This document shows, in pieces, positions 1 to 12,330 of a stretch of DNA of 64,000 bases; the stretch's first letter is position 1; each line of letters opens with the position of its first letter. The notes below the pieces were generated by a model, which saw only the letters and a program-made list of their open reading frames with translations, did no database searches and was not told the DNA's origin. Location of the stretch: assembly GCA_013239625.1 (NCBI GenBank), contig MU054323.1, positions 8,545,220 through 8,609,219 on the forward strand, in the 5' to 3' direction. This DNA is from Lama guanicoe (lineage: Eukaryota). Position numbers and translations under genes: made by a program.

Positions 1-143
1 TCCAGTAGAGAAACATGCTAATTCCAATACTCTGGGAAAGGGAGGAGGAAGTTAGGACTTCCTGGGCCTGAGTTCTGGGCTCTCAGCTGCCAAAAGGGAG
101 ACTACAGTTTGGGATGTAGGTCTGAGAACATACATCTCTCTAG

Positions 144-3100
144 GGGAGTCACTACATGGTTACCGCATCTGTATCCAGGCCATTCTGCAAGACAAACCCA
201 AGATTGCCACCACGAACCTGGGCAAGGTGAGCTCAGGGTTGTGGGGACATTAGGAGGCTGGGACTGAGGAAGCTGGGAAGAATCTACACTGTTAGACCCA
301 ATTAAGGGGTAGTGGGAGACCTTCTGAGACCAGTAATAACAGCTAACGCCGTTAGCGCTTATTGTATCTACTTTGTATATATATGAGGCAGGTACTGCTG
401 TTATTCCCGTTTTATAGATGAGAAGATTGAGCCACAGAGGGGTTCAGTAACTTTCCTAGAGTTGGTCAACTAGTAAGTGGAAAATATGGGTGAAGGCCAC
501 AGCGGTGCCAGAGCCTGTGCTCTGAGTCACTCCACCACACTCCCGTACTGCTCCACTGTCCTGCCTACCCCTTCTCTCCAAGCTGGCATCTCTCTTCCTC
601 CCTGGCTTTCGGGATGCTCCTAGTGCTTTGCCCTTTCCCATCCTGCCTCCCTCACCGGTCTCCTCAGTTCCTGGAACTGCTGAGGTCCCACCAGAGCCGA
701 CCAGCGAAGTGTCTGACCATCATGTGGGCCCTGGGTCAAGCAGGTTTTGCGAACCTCACCGAGGGACTGAAAGGTAATGAGGAAGTGGGGAAGAAAGAAG
801 GATGGTTTGGGAACCAGAAAGCTCCTCTTTAATGTCCCCAGTGGATTCAATCCTGAGGCTTCCTCCCTGACCTTTTCAGTGTGGCTGGGGATCATGCTGC
901 CTGTGCTGGGCATCAAGTCTCTGTCTCCTTTCGCCATTGCCTACCTAGATCGGCTGCTCCTGTGAGTGATGGCAGGGCCAGGGGCAGGGAGAAGTGCGGA
1001 TCAGCAAGGGGAAGGCCCAGGGTGTTGGCAGGTGGCTATTTCAGCAAAATGGGATGCTGTGATCCTGGTTTCCTTAGATAGGAGGAAAATCAAGACCAGC
1101 TCCTTCCAACTCAGGATGTGATGGTCAAGAAGGAAAGAGAGAGAGCCCTTAAGGGGTGGGGAATGGGGTAGAGTTTATGTCCTTTTTCCTAGATGATGTT
1201 CTCAGCTGGGACCGTGGTCTGGGTAGGTGGTCCCTAGTAAACCTGTTTCTTTCTTCCTCCATAGGATGCACCCCAACCTCACCAAGGGCTTTGGCATGAT
1301 TGGCCCCAAGGACTTCTTCCCACTTCTGGACTTTGCCTATATGCCCAACAACTCCCTGACTCCCAGGTAGGACTGCCCTGGGGCACAACCTGCTGTGAAG
1401 GATCCCAGCAGAGGGTTAGTAGGAGACAGTATGGTCCTGTCCCTTCTCCTCCAGCCACCCTAGGTCTGAGATTATCAGCCTGCAAGTTCAAGGGGCCAGG
1501 GAACCCCTGCAATTATATGGCCCTTAAGTGTGATTGGCATATGGGCATTTTCCTGGGGAGAGGACTCGAAGCAAATTTTCCAAGGAGTCTGTGGGTCTAG
1601 AAAGATTCAGAACTATTGCAACGTCCTTAGTGACTCCCCACCTGTCAGGCAGGGTACAGACTCTGAGGCAGGCAGAAGGGATACAGGGCACAGGTCCATT
1701 CAGAGCCTGTGCCTGACTCTGCTCTCAACCCCCCACAGCCTGCAGGAGCAGCTGTGTCAGCTCTACCCACGGCTCAAGGTGCTGGCATTCGGAGCAAAGC
1801 CGGAATCCACCCTGCATACCTACTTCCCCTCCTTCCTGTCCAGAGCCACTCCCAGCTGCCCTCCAGAGATGAAAAAAGAGGTGAGGAAATGGTGGGAGCT
1901 CCTTTTTCCTTCCCAGGAGTCTGCTGCATCAGTCCCTGTATGCTGACAAAGGCCCTGCTTCAGGGAGCCCACTTCCAGGGCATCCCCTTAGCTCACTCCT
2001 GACAGCTGCCTGCCCTGCTACCTCACTCTCTGCCCTCAGTTAGATGGAGTTGAAACAGCACATTCAGGTCTGACCAGTCTCTGACGTCCTGCCCCTTGCA
2101 GACAAGTGAACTTTGAGCTCAGGAGCCCCAGCCTCCCCCTTTATAGCCTCTTGGAGGTTTCTGGGGCCTGGGCACAATTTCTTCATCCCTTAGGGTGGAC
2201 TTGTTACCAGGGTGGCCTCACTTAGAAGAGGGGGATTGCCTCCCAGTACTCTCCCCGCCACCAGCTCCATGCCCAGCAGTCTCTCCCTTCTCCTGTCCCC
2301 TGTGCAGCTCCTGAGCAGCCTGACTGAGTGCCTGATGGTGGACCCCCTCAGCACCAGCGTCTGGAGGCAGCTGTACCCCAAACATCTGTCACAGTCCAGG
2401 CAGGTGGCAGTGAGGGGGGTCGCCTGCCTCTTAGCCACACAAAGAGGCCTTAATTCACACTTCCTGGTGTGTCCCTGTCCTAGAGGAGAAGAGGAACATT
2501 TGTCACTGTTGTTCAGGCTTATGCCTCTCAAGTTTAGTGGGAACGTTGCTGGGAGGCCTCTAGGGAGCAGCTCCTCTGTGGGTGGGATGTGGAGTCTTTC
2601 AGCCTGAAGGAGTGGGGAGTCTCGTGGAGGGCAGGAGGGTGGGAGGGGCCAAGCAGGCCCCCTGATTGGAAGGGGTTGTGCTTTTCCCACAGTCTGCTGC
2701 TGGAGCACTTGCTCAGGTCCTGGGAGCAGATTCCCAAGAAGGTGAGGAGCTGGGAGGACATGGCAGGCTGAGCCTCATCTGGGTTCTGGGTTCATACCCC
2801 TCAGCCACTGGCCCCCCCCCTTTCTGAGAAGGTGCTCTGTTAGCACATCTGGCATGGAAAGGAAGCAGACTGGAATCTCAGGGTTTCCTCCCGGGCCAAA
2901 TCTTATGTTCTCAGCCCAGACTTTTCTTGTCCTATAGACGCAGAAGTCTTTGCAAGAAACCATTCAGTCCTTCAAGCTTACCAACCAGGAGCTGCTAAGG
3001 AAGGGCAGCTGCAGCAACCAGGAGGTCACCACCTGTGACATGGCCTGCAAGGTGCCAGCGCGCAGCCCTCCCTAACACACCGTTCTGCATCTGTCTCGGC

Positions 3101-5032
3101 ACACCCTAGGCTGGGCCGGTATCACATTCCTGCCCTGCTTGTCCCTGGAGCTCCTACTACCTCTGGGGCAATGTGAGGGCCTGATCCTTTTCCTGGAAGG
3201 CCTAGCCTGAGGCCTGTCTTAGGAGGCAGGGACCAGCCCCTCTCCCTTCTGACCGCTGCTCCCTACCCTTTCTCCTTCTAGAGGCTGTTGCAGCAGGCAC
3301 GGGGCTTCCGACTGCCCTGGACACGGCTACTCCTGTTGGTGCTGGTCTTTGCCATAGGTTTCCTGTGCCACGACTTCCGGTCACACAGCTCTTTCCAAGG
3401 TGAGCAGGGATTGGCAGGCGAGGGAGACACCACAGGGCTCTCCATGGGGCCTCTGTGGGGATACAGAGCTGGGTGTAGCACTCCCCACTCCCAGCATACA
3501 CCACGAGACAAACACTTTTCAGACACGTTTTTCTGTCCACAACTATGACATTACCAGTTCAGGTCTGACTAGTGCTTTGCAGTATAGAAATGCTTGCATA
3601 TTCACAGTCTCATTTGAGTAGATATTATCTCCTTTTTAACCTCTGAGGAAGTTGAGACTCAGAAAGATTCACCAGTTAGCATAAGATCACCTGGTGAGTA
3701 GAATGGCTGACCCTCAAACCCAAAGCTTCCTGACACCTCAGTCCAGGGCTCCACATGGCTGTACCCTTCCTGCTCCCCTGGCTTGCATCCCTCTCTCCAG
3801 GCGTGCTCCCGAGCAGACTGGAGCCAGCTCTGTGGCCCCGTAAGCACACTAAGTTCTGCCCTATCCCTTACTTGGCCTGCTCTGGTGCCTGTAGTGTCTG
3901 TCTCCCCAGTCCCTGTTCCCCTCACCTCCCAGCTCATCTGAGACTCCCTTTGTTCAGCCTCCCTTTCTGGCTGGTTGCTTCACTCATCTGGTTTTTTGCC
4001 TGCTGGCCAACAAGCGTGTATGAGGATCTACTCCTACAGCCTGCAAGGCTACAGGTGAGCACCTCCCAGGGAGAGGAGGGGCAGGTGGGAGAGAAGGCTT
4101 GCATATTCCTGTGGTGACAGCATTGACAATCAGTGGGAAGTGATTATGGTTTTCTTTCTCAAAGCCTCCCTTGCCCCAGCTATTCTTAGGGAGCCAGGCT
4201 GCATGGGGAAACTCAAGAGACCTCCTTTCTTCTGTCTTCTCCTACAGCTGGCTAGAGGAGACATTGCCGGCCTGGGGCTCCCATCTGCTGACCATGGTGA
4301 GGCCCAGCTTACGGCTGGCCTGGACCCACACCAATGCCACAGTCAGCTTCCTTTCTGCCCACTGTGCCTCCCACCTTGCCTGGTTTGGTGACAGCCTCAC
4401 CAGCCTCTCCCAGAGGGTAAGCCAGAGACAGATCAGAGAAGGGCTGGTTTCGCCAGGGGTTGAGTTCTTGGGAAGGTGCAGCCCCACATGGACTGCATTT
4501 CCCGGGCCCTCTAACCCCTTCTGTTCTCCACGGTCCAGCTACAGATCCAGTTCCCCGATGCCCTGAACCAGCTGCTCCATTCTCTGAGGGAGCTGCTCCT
4601 GTTTCTTTACCAGAATGTCCTACTGCCCATGTGGCACATGCTGCTTGAGGCCTTGTCCCGGGTGCAAGAGCACTGCCACAAGGCATGCAGGTGAGACCCC
4701 CATCCAGGGCTCCAGCCCTGTGGCCCCATGCCCTTCTCCAGGGACAAGCCTTCCCTGTTCAGTCTCTTACTCTGTCCTGCCCCCTGCTCATCCCCTGGCC
4801 ACTCTGGGAGCGGGTTGTGGGTCTGCACTGCAGCCCAGTCACTTAACACAGGTGAATACGTATCACCACTTCCCAACCCCGACACATGTTCTGCTTTCCT
4901 CCCAGAGGTGAGGTGACCTGGGACTGCCTGAAGACACAGCTCAGTGAGGCTGTCCACTGGACCTGGCTTTGCTTACAGGACATTACAGTGGCTTTCTTGG
5001 ACTGGGCACTTACCATGATCTCCCAGCAGTAG
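144..5032 (+). CDS. TMEM214: Transmembrane protein 214, 5'-partial (last 13 coding exons)
   Basis: Exons 144-226, 668-773, 880-961, 1265-1366, 1739-1880, 2308-2399, 2693-2741, 2938-3051, 3282-3399, 3958-4054, 4248-4416, 4539-4690, 4906-5032 splice in frame to ESLHGYRICIQAILQDKPKI...FLELLRSHQSRPAKCLTIMWALGQAG...LQEQLCQLYPRLKVLAFGAKP...RLPWTRLLLLVLVFAIGFLCHD...DWALTMISQQ*, recognisable as TMEM214. Intron 2400-2692 is GC-AG. Confidence 0.96.
335..500. mobile_element. MIR SINE remnant; similar remnants at about 3540-3720, 20360-20545, 26830-26920, 34645-34800, 39270-39580, 46030-46180, 56340-56550, 59670-59720
   Basis: MIR core motif resembling 'attcccgttttatagatgagaagattgagccacagagggg...aactt'. 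Boundaries approximate. Confidence 0.7.
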
Positions 5033-5803
5033 GCCCTGCTCCCCGTCTGGAACAGACCATCTGAGACTGCTGCAGGGTAGCAGGTGGCAGTTCTGCATGG
5101 TAGTCTTTGTTACTTGGTGCCTATAAGTTCTCTCTCCTAGGCAAGTGGCTGGCTGCCTCTGCCTCAGTTCTTCCATCTCTGGCGGCAACTGAGCCCAAAA
5201 GTAGCTCAGCCTCCTACCCACGATTCCACTGACCACTTCTCTGCCTGATTGCACATAGCTCCCAGCCTCTGACCTTGGGCTGGTGGCCTCTCTCGTCTCC
5301 TCTCTTGTCTCCTGCTCACCACTTCCCTCTCTCTTATTCCTGAAGCCTCAAACAGCTTGTTTCCAAAAATGTGAGACTCCAACAAGTGGCTTCTGCTTTC
5401 TTCTGACAAATGAGTCCTACTCCCAGACCTTAGCCACAGCAGGAAAAAGAAAAGGACCTCCAGAAGAATACAGCACCACAGTGGGCAGTAGGAGCTTCAC
5501 CTCTGCCCACAGCCTGGGTGTGGCTGTCAGTGGACATGGAGGCCTGGGTGGAAAATGCTCATCTTAGGTCCTTCAAGGCCCCTCAATGCCTCTTCCATCG
5601 TATCTCTTCCACTTCCTCACTCTCCATTCCCCTTCAGTGCCGGGAGTCTCTGCCTCAGTATTCAGCCTCTCTCCGCTGCCCACCACCACTGTCTTTATGG
5701 AGAGCAGAGCCCAGGTAGTCATGTGCCTTGGGCCCAGGAAATCTTGCAACAGCCTGTTGAGACAGGATGCAGCATGTGGCTCATGGGTATGTCTACTTGG
5801 TGG

Positions 5804-5809
5804 AATAAA
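5804..5809 (+). terminator. TMEM214 poly(A) signal
   Basis: AATAAA about 770 nt after the stop, followed by T-rich sequence. Confidence 0.75.
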
Positions 5810-8129
5810 GGACACATTTGATTTCTAGCTTTCCTCTGTGCATCTTCATACAGGAATTCTCATAGTTGTGGGCGAAACAACAAAATTTGGGCACCTGCAT
5901 GTTCTTTGCCCCCTGCACTTCTGGAGGTCATAGCCACTGGCTGTAGTTGAGCCTCTGGCAAGGAAAGCCCCCATCCATCATTCTAAAGTTTGGCCTATTG
6001 AGGGCTCTAGACACACTCCTCTTGCTCACGTGTTGTCTCACTTGTCCTAGTGATTCCTGTCCCAAGGTTTGCTTTGGTAGCCTGAGTATTTTATGCTTTG
6101 AAAAGCAGGGGAGAGTTTCCTAGGGGAATTCTTGGCTAGTGATCAGGGAGTGTCTTCTTTGCCAGGACCTTAATTTATTAATTGGTTTATTTTATAGGCA
6201 GTGAGTGAAAGATTTAGAATTCCAAGAGACATACGAGTCAAGGGTTTATCACCAGTCCCTTTTAATTTTTAACTTGGGACTGTAATAAGTCAGCTAAGTG
6301 CATAGGTTTTCAGTTCTCAACTCAAGTTTCCTTGACTATTTCAAAATACAAGCAGTGCCCACTCCAACTCCAGGGGCTGATTTCTGCTTCCACCATAAAC
6401 CCCTAAGAGATGTCCAGCAGGGATGAGGGCCAGCCACCACTTTCCTTCTCAGAAACTGCCCTGAGATGCTACTTCAGTAAGATTATAAAGTAGCAAGTAT
6501 AGAAAAATCTTGGCACAAAGCAAAGTCATGAGGACTATAGCATCTCACATTTTTGTTCCCTTTCCTTGTTAGGACATAACCACATTGCCAAGTTGGGCAG
6601 AACCCTGCTCTTCTCGTGGCAGTCAGCCATGACTATTTTTCCCAGGAAAAAACCCTGCCTGGCAAAGGACCAAGGTTCAGGACTGCTAGGCAGGACTGCC
6701 CAAGGGTCCCGAAACATGTTCCATTGCCTCAGTACTTCCTTACCAATCAGAAACGGATGCACTCAATTCCTAAGAATAGTGAATCCTTGTAACTGGCCTG
6801 CATTCAAGGCAAGCTGAAGAAAGGGGACTGATGTGGGCCTAGATTGGCACCAGCACAGACAAATAAAATGATAACACTCTGTCCTACAGTGACATTGAGT
6901 CCAACCAAGGCTGCTGGACTGAATTCTTTTAATCCAGCAACTCAAGAGAATCTCACAAGTGCTTCACTGGTTTCTAATGTGTGTACTGTTTTTCCCTTTG
7001 GGGTTCATTTAATTTCTGACATACAATCTTAGTGTGCAACATTTTTCCTTTAACTCAGATTAACTCGAGTCTCCACAGCCTCTCACAGGGACACTGACCC
7101 CTTTAATTAGCTTTATTCGATAGAGTGGTTTGATCTGATACTGGAATTGTCCTAATTTTTATTCTGTCAGTAGTCCCAACACTGTACTGGCTGGCTGTTA
7201 ATAGTCAAACCAGACATCCAGATGTTTCATTGTTGCATAACTGTCAACAAACAGAAATCCAAGCTGAGCCAGTGAGTTGAACCAGTGTGAACCGGTGGAG
7301 TACACTGACAGTTGGAGTTACTGTAAGAACAGAAATAAACTGACACCTCAAGGATCGTGTCTAGACATTTTAACTTTCCTTTTCACACACAGCTGGAGTT
7401 CTACAGATAACATATCATATGTAACTGAAGGGCAGTTTGAATATGGTTATCTCTCACAACTTAGTTATTACCAGTTCTTACATGGACTCACAAATTATAC
7501 CACGACTCATTAGGAACACTTCTTTACATTTCTCTAAGTCTTAAAGCATGGTTTTGGTTTCTTCTGGCTACTTGTACCCAGCACACAGCTTCAGCTTTAC
7601 AGCAGGGCAGCTTTCTGGGGAGCCCGACTTAGTATGGATAGATAATGTTGCTGGACTCACCTGCGGCATTGCCCGTCCATTCTCAATGCCACCGCTCTTA
7701 GAATGGAGTGTTTCACAGAGATGGGCATGCCTGCCCTGCCCTATTCCAGAATGACTCAGTTGTTCAATTACACAGAAATTTCCATGGTTGGATGACCTCT
7801 GAGTATTTTAATATACCTTATCTCTCCTAAAGGAATTTGGATTTAAGTGAACACTTAAAAGTGATTTCATCCTTTTTCTACATAATCTTCATGGTTCTGC
7901 TCCCAAAAGGACCTGAAGGGACAAAGGACCTTGCATTTCCCTACGCGGCATTCCGTTTTTACTTTCATTGTCCAGACTTGAGGTGTAAGAAGGAATTTGG
8001 GGGCAGGCAGGGGGAGCTTTTACCTTTCAGGGTATGAGTGAGTATTAATTGAATAGTGAATATTCTCCCTATTAATAAAAACATTGAATTCAGACACATG
8101 TCTTGCTATAATTTTTCACTGTTAGCACA

Positions 8130-9770
8130 GAAGTTATTGATGTTTTAATAAATTTTATTTTTTACAGCAGTTTTAAGTTCACATCAAAACTGTGCAAGAA
8201 GTACACTCCCCTTGCTCTACACTTGTACAACTTCCCCCACTGCCAACATCAGTGACCCTATGCTGACACGTCACGATCACCTGAAGTCTATAGTTAACAT
8301 TAATCAGATTTTGTATGACTTCAATCTTTTAATATTTATTAAGACTTGTTACCTAACATGTGCACTATTCTGGAGAATGTTCCATGTATACACTTGGGAA
8401 GAATGTGTATTCTGCTGTTAGGCGGAATGTTCTGTGTAGGTGTGTTTGGTCTAGTTGATACGTTGATCAAGGCTCCACTTCTTTACTGAGCTTACATAAA
8501 TACATTCTTAATGTTAAAGAACTCTTACAAGTCAGTAAGAAAAGCACTAAACAACAATAAAAATATGGATAAAAGACAATTCATAAAGGAAATGCAAATG
8601 AACAATAGACTTGGAAAAAGAAAAGTTCATTTCATTGATGAAGTACAAACTTAAAATAAGATGCCACTTACTGTTGCCTATCATGTTAACAAAGTTTTTT
8701 TTTTTAAGTGATACTATGCTCAGTGAATGCTATGATAGAAATTAGTATAATGTTTCTGGGAAGTAATTTGGTAATATTTATCAAAAGCCTTAAAAGTTTC
8801 ATACTGTTTAACCAAGTAATTCCACTCCTATGATTGTATTCTAGAGATAGAGAAGTAAACAGAAATAGGACAAAGATTTATATACAAGAAGATTTATTGT
8901 AGCAGTATTAATAGTGAGAATTTGGATTTAAACTGTGTCCAACAATAAGATGAATATTTCAATAAATTTTGGTATAAAGTAAAAGATGGCAAATGGCTAT
9001 TCAAATTGTGATTTCAAAGAATCTTTAATGTCATAGGAAAATGCTTATTAATTGAGTTCACTTTATTGAAACATCAGCTATAATAAAAAAATACAAAAAG
9101 TGTTGGCAAGAATCTGGAGAAACTGGAACCCTCCGACATTGGTGGTGGTAATGTAAATTTGTTCAACTGCTGTGGAAAAGTTTGGTGGTTCCTCAAAGAG
9201 TGAAACATATAATTAGCATAAAACTCAGCAATTCCATTTCTAGGAATACACCCAAGAGAAGTGAAAAAGTGTATCTACACACTTTAACACAAATGTTTAT
9301 AGCAGTATTATTCATTGAAGTCAAAATGTGGAAATAGGCCAAACATCTATCAACAGAAGAATGGATAAACAAAGGAATGGAATATTATGTAGCAGTAAAA
9401 AGGGATGAAGTACTGATACATGCTACAATTTGGATGAACCCTGAAAACATTATGATAAATAAAAGAAATCAGATACAAAATGTCACATATTTTATGAGTT
9501 CCTTTATATGAAGTTTCCAGAATAGGCAAATCCGTAGAGACAGAAAGCAGATTAGTTGTTGCCAGGGGCTGGGGGATGTAGGGGTGGGAGTGATTACTTA
9601 AAGGGTACAGAGTGTTCTAGGGTGATTTTTTTTTTTTAAGTTTCGAAACTAGAGAGACGTAATCGTTTATACAACATTGTGAATGCACTAAATGCTACTG
9701 AATTGTTCATACTTTAGTTAACTGTGTTATGTGACTTTTACTCAAAACAAACAAACAAACAAAAACAATT
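8130..9770 (+). mobile_element. Ancient L1M fragments, mainly a 3' end on + (about 9090-9770); 8130-8480 probably on -
   Basis: Typical L1 3' motifs 'gagaaactggaaccctc...gtaaatt...cagcaattccatttctagga' and 'agagacagaaagcagattagttgttgccagggg', ending in an (AAAC)n tail. Confidence 0.8.
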
Positions 9771-10149
9771 AAATATGTTCTTCTACCCCTGACTCCCTCA
9801 AGAAAGAGGAGTGAGATAGCGCGCGCGCTAAACGCCGCTCCAAGAAAACTATACCAAGCTAACGCTCTCGCACACATGGTAGCATTTGCAGCAGCAGAAA
9901 TGAAGTTAAATCAAGAAATACATGGGAAGATGTTAACCTCCTGCTTTGTGGATGGACGCAATTGTGAATGAACCCCGTTCTGTGACAACAGAAAACTTGG
10001 ATTTAAAGCTCAGCCTGAAATAACAAACAAAGCTCAGGCTGAGAAAACCCATAAAACGTTGGAGCTTCAAGGGGCTTGAATCCCCTGCCCGATCTGGATT
10101 TGCCCAGGGCGACTGTGACTCCAGGTAGCACAGGAGGTTGCCGCAGAGC

Positions 10150-10760
10150 TGGCAATGGAGACTAGGCGTCCCCGCACACCCACTCCGCCACACTGTGAGG
10201 CAAAGCTCCATAGACGAGTTGGGTTTTAGGCTTTTTGTTGTTGTTGTTTTAAAATCCCGGGAGATTTCGTAGGCAAAGTATTGTCGACTGGCATGCCAGG
10301 CGCCTGGAAAGAGAGATGCAGGTGTGAGGCGGGCAGAGCGGAGGCCGAGTGGATGCCAGCTGCCGGGACTCTCCGCCCGGTCCAGGGCCCCGCCCGCAGT
10401 CGCTAATCCGGGGCAACCCGCGCCCTGCGCCGCCCGGCCCGCCTCCAGGAGCTCGGTGGTTTGTATCTTTCTTGTTCATAGGAGAAAGAGATCCTGACAA
10501 AGTGTGGGTTAATTGAAGAAATGAATGTCCTTCACATCAGGAGGGCAGTAGGATTTTATTGGCGCCCCTGGAGATGCCGGAGGGAAATGTGGAGCAGAGA
10601 TAGAGAATACGCCGTCCGCCTTGCAAACCGGCATGCGCTTGGCGATTGTACAGCTCGTGTGCGTACCGGCCCCGCTGGAGAAACGCGGCCCAGAGTTAGC
10701 CTTGTGGGCCGTCTCTAAGCGTCCGCCTTTCCTGTAGCCACGGCGGGTGGAGGTTGTGGG
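10150..10760. promoter_or_regulatory. CpG island upstream of the tRNA pair
   Basis: High CpG density with GC boxes (ccccgccc, ctccgccc). Confidence 0.6.
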
Positions 10761-11028
10761 TATCGTTTTGTAAAAAGCAAGGAAACGGAAGAGAAGTTTA
10801 TTGCCCGTGTTTCCCTCCACCAGGGCTGGAAAGTGGGTCTTTTGGCAACATCATTTGCTCTCACTTCTGTCTCCGGCTTCATCTGTTCTTGGTAGACTGG
10901 AGGAACTCCGCTCAGGCGAGCTCCTTTTGAAGATGGAGACCAGGATTCCCCCAAATTATTGAGACCCTGGAATAGTACGGCCTCAGTAAGTATTAGAGGA
11001 CAGTCTCCGGGCCGTTGGAGAGCCGGGG

Positions 11029-11118
11029 CCTTCGATAGCTCAGTTGGTAGAGCGGAGGACTGTAGTGTATCAAACCTTGGCAATCCTTAGGTCGCTGGTT
11101 CGATTCCGGCTCGAAGGA
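11029..11118 (+). tRNA. TRNAY-GUA: tRNA-Tyr(GTA) with a 17-nt intron (11066-11082)
   Basis: CCTTCGATAGCTCAGTTGGTAGAGCGGAGGACTGTAG[tgtatcaaaccttggca]ATCCTTAGGTCGCTGGTTCGATTCCGGCTCGAAGGA. Anticodon 11062-11064, intron after position 37, intact A and B boxes, TTTTT terminator at 11131-11135. Confidence 0.98.
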
Positions 11119-11439
11119 CTTCGCGTGAAATTTTTAACATTCCTCCCTTTCATGGGAGGAAAGCTTTACAACGAAAGTCCATTGTTCATTTGCATGAGCA
11201 CCGCCAATGTTCCGTGAAACATATAATGCAGTTAAGTAGTCAAGGCATAGGTAACCTGTTGTGGGTTACATGCAAAGGAATGTTAACCTGTGCTTTTAAA
11301 TAGAGCTTTATTATTGCATATATATAGTTTAAAAAATCTTGCCGACGGTAAATGAATGTACTGTATTGTGGTGAGTCCAATGGTCAGCGTACACCCCAGA
11401 AAAACCTGTAAGGCAAAGGAAACGAAGTCGACACCAGCT

Positions 11440-11512
11440 GGGGGATTAGCTCAAATGGTAGAGCGCTCGCTTAGCATGCGAGAGGTAGCGGGATCGATGC
11501 CCGCATCCTCCA
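11440..11512 (+). tRNA. TRNAA-AGC: tRNA-Ala(AGC)
   Basis: GGGGGATTAGCTCAAATGGTAGAGCGCTCGCTTAGCATGCGAGAGGTAGCGGGATCGATGCCCGCATCCTCCA. Anticodon 11473-11475, G3:U70 alanine identity pair, T-run terminator immediately downstream. Confidence 0.98.
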
Positions 11513-11699
11513 CTTTGTTTTTTTCCCGCGCATTGTAGGATCCGCAAACCTGGGGAGAGCTACTGAACCGGATGGGTGTGCTGTAGTACACAGATAAGCT
11601 TGGTAGCCAATGATTAGCTTTACACACGGTCCTTTTATTTTGCAGGTGAGTCTTTTCCAATCAATGTCCTTGCTCACTTTGTCTTCTCCTCCTCTGGGT

Positions 11700-12330
11700 G
11701 GGCAGGCCGTTAACCGTCTTCCGAGAAGACGCGAGTGGAGCCCTCACGCCAGGCCTGGGGGCCGAGCCCCCAAGCTGCCCAGGCTCAGGTACCCGCTAAA
11801 CGTGCGAGGGAACCCCGGCGTGCTGACCAATGGCAGCAAGCTTTACTGGGCGGGTAGCCAGCTGTCCCCGCGGCCAATAGGCGAGAGACTTCTTGTTTCC
11901 TGGCAGAGCGGGGTCCCGGCACCGCGGCGCTCGGGTTTTGTTTGGGTCCTGGGCGGAGGGCCCGGGTGCCGGGGCCCAGGTGGCGCCTCGCTAGCGGGAG
12001 AGGGAGCGGGATCACCGGCCCGGAGAGAGGTGAGGGGCTCTGCGTGGAGTGCGGGCCCCGCCGGCCCGGCCCCGCCCCCTTCTCAGCCCCTTTCTGCCCG
12101 GAACCCCTCTGGAATCCCACCCCGCCCCACCGCCCGGCTGCCCCATCCCGCCCCTCGNNNNNNNNNNNNNNNNNNNNNNNNNNNNNNNNNNNNNNNNNNN
12201 NNNNNNNNNNNNNNNNNNNNNNNNNNNNNNNNNNNNNNNNNGGCCCCACCCCCACTTCGGTTGGCCCCACCTCTGACCCCTGCTCCCCGCCTTCCTACCC
12301 TCCCTCGAGTGTAGGAGGGCTGCCCCGACC
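11700..12330 (+). promoter_or_regulatory. AGBL5 CpG-island promoter and non-coding exon 1 (donor after 12029)
   Basis: CCAAT boxes at 11827 and 11874, GC boxes, and a GAG|GTGAGG donor at 12029/12030. Confidence 0.7.
12158..12241. other. Assembly gap (84 N) within a C-tract-rich CpG island
   Basis: Run of N in the sequence. Confidence 1.
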
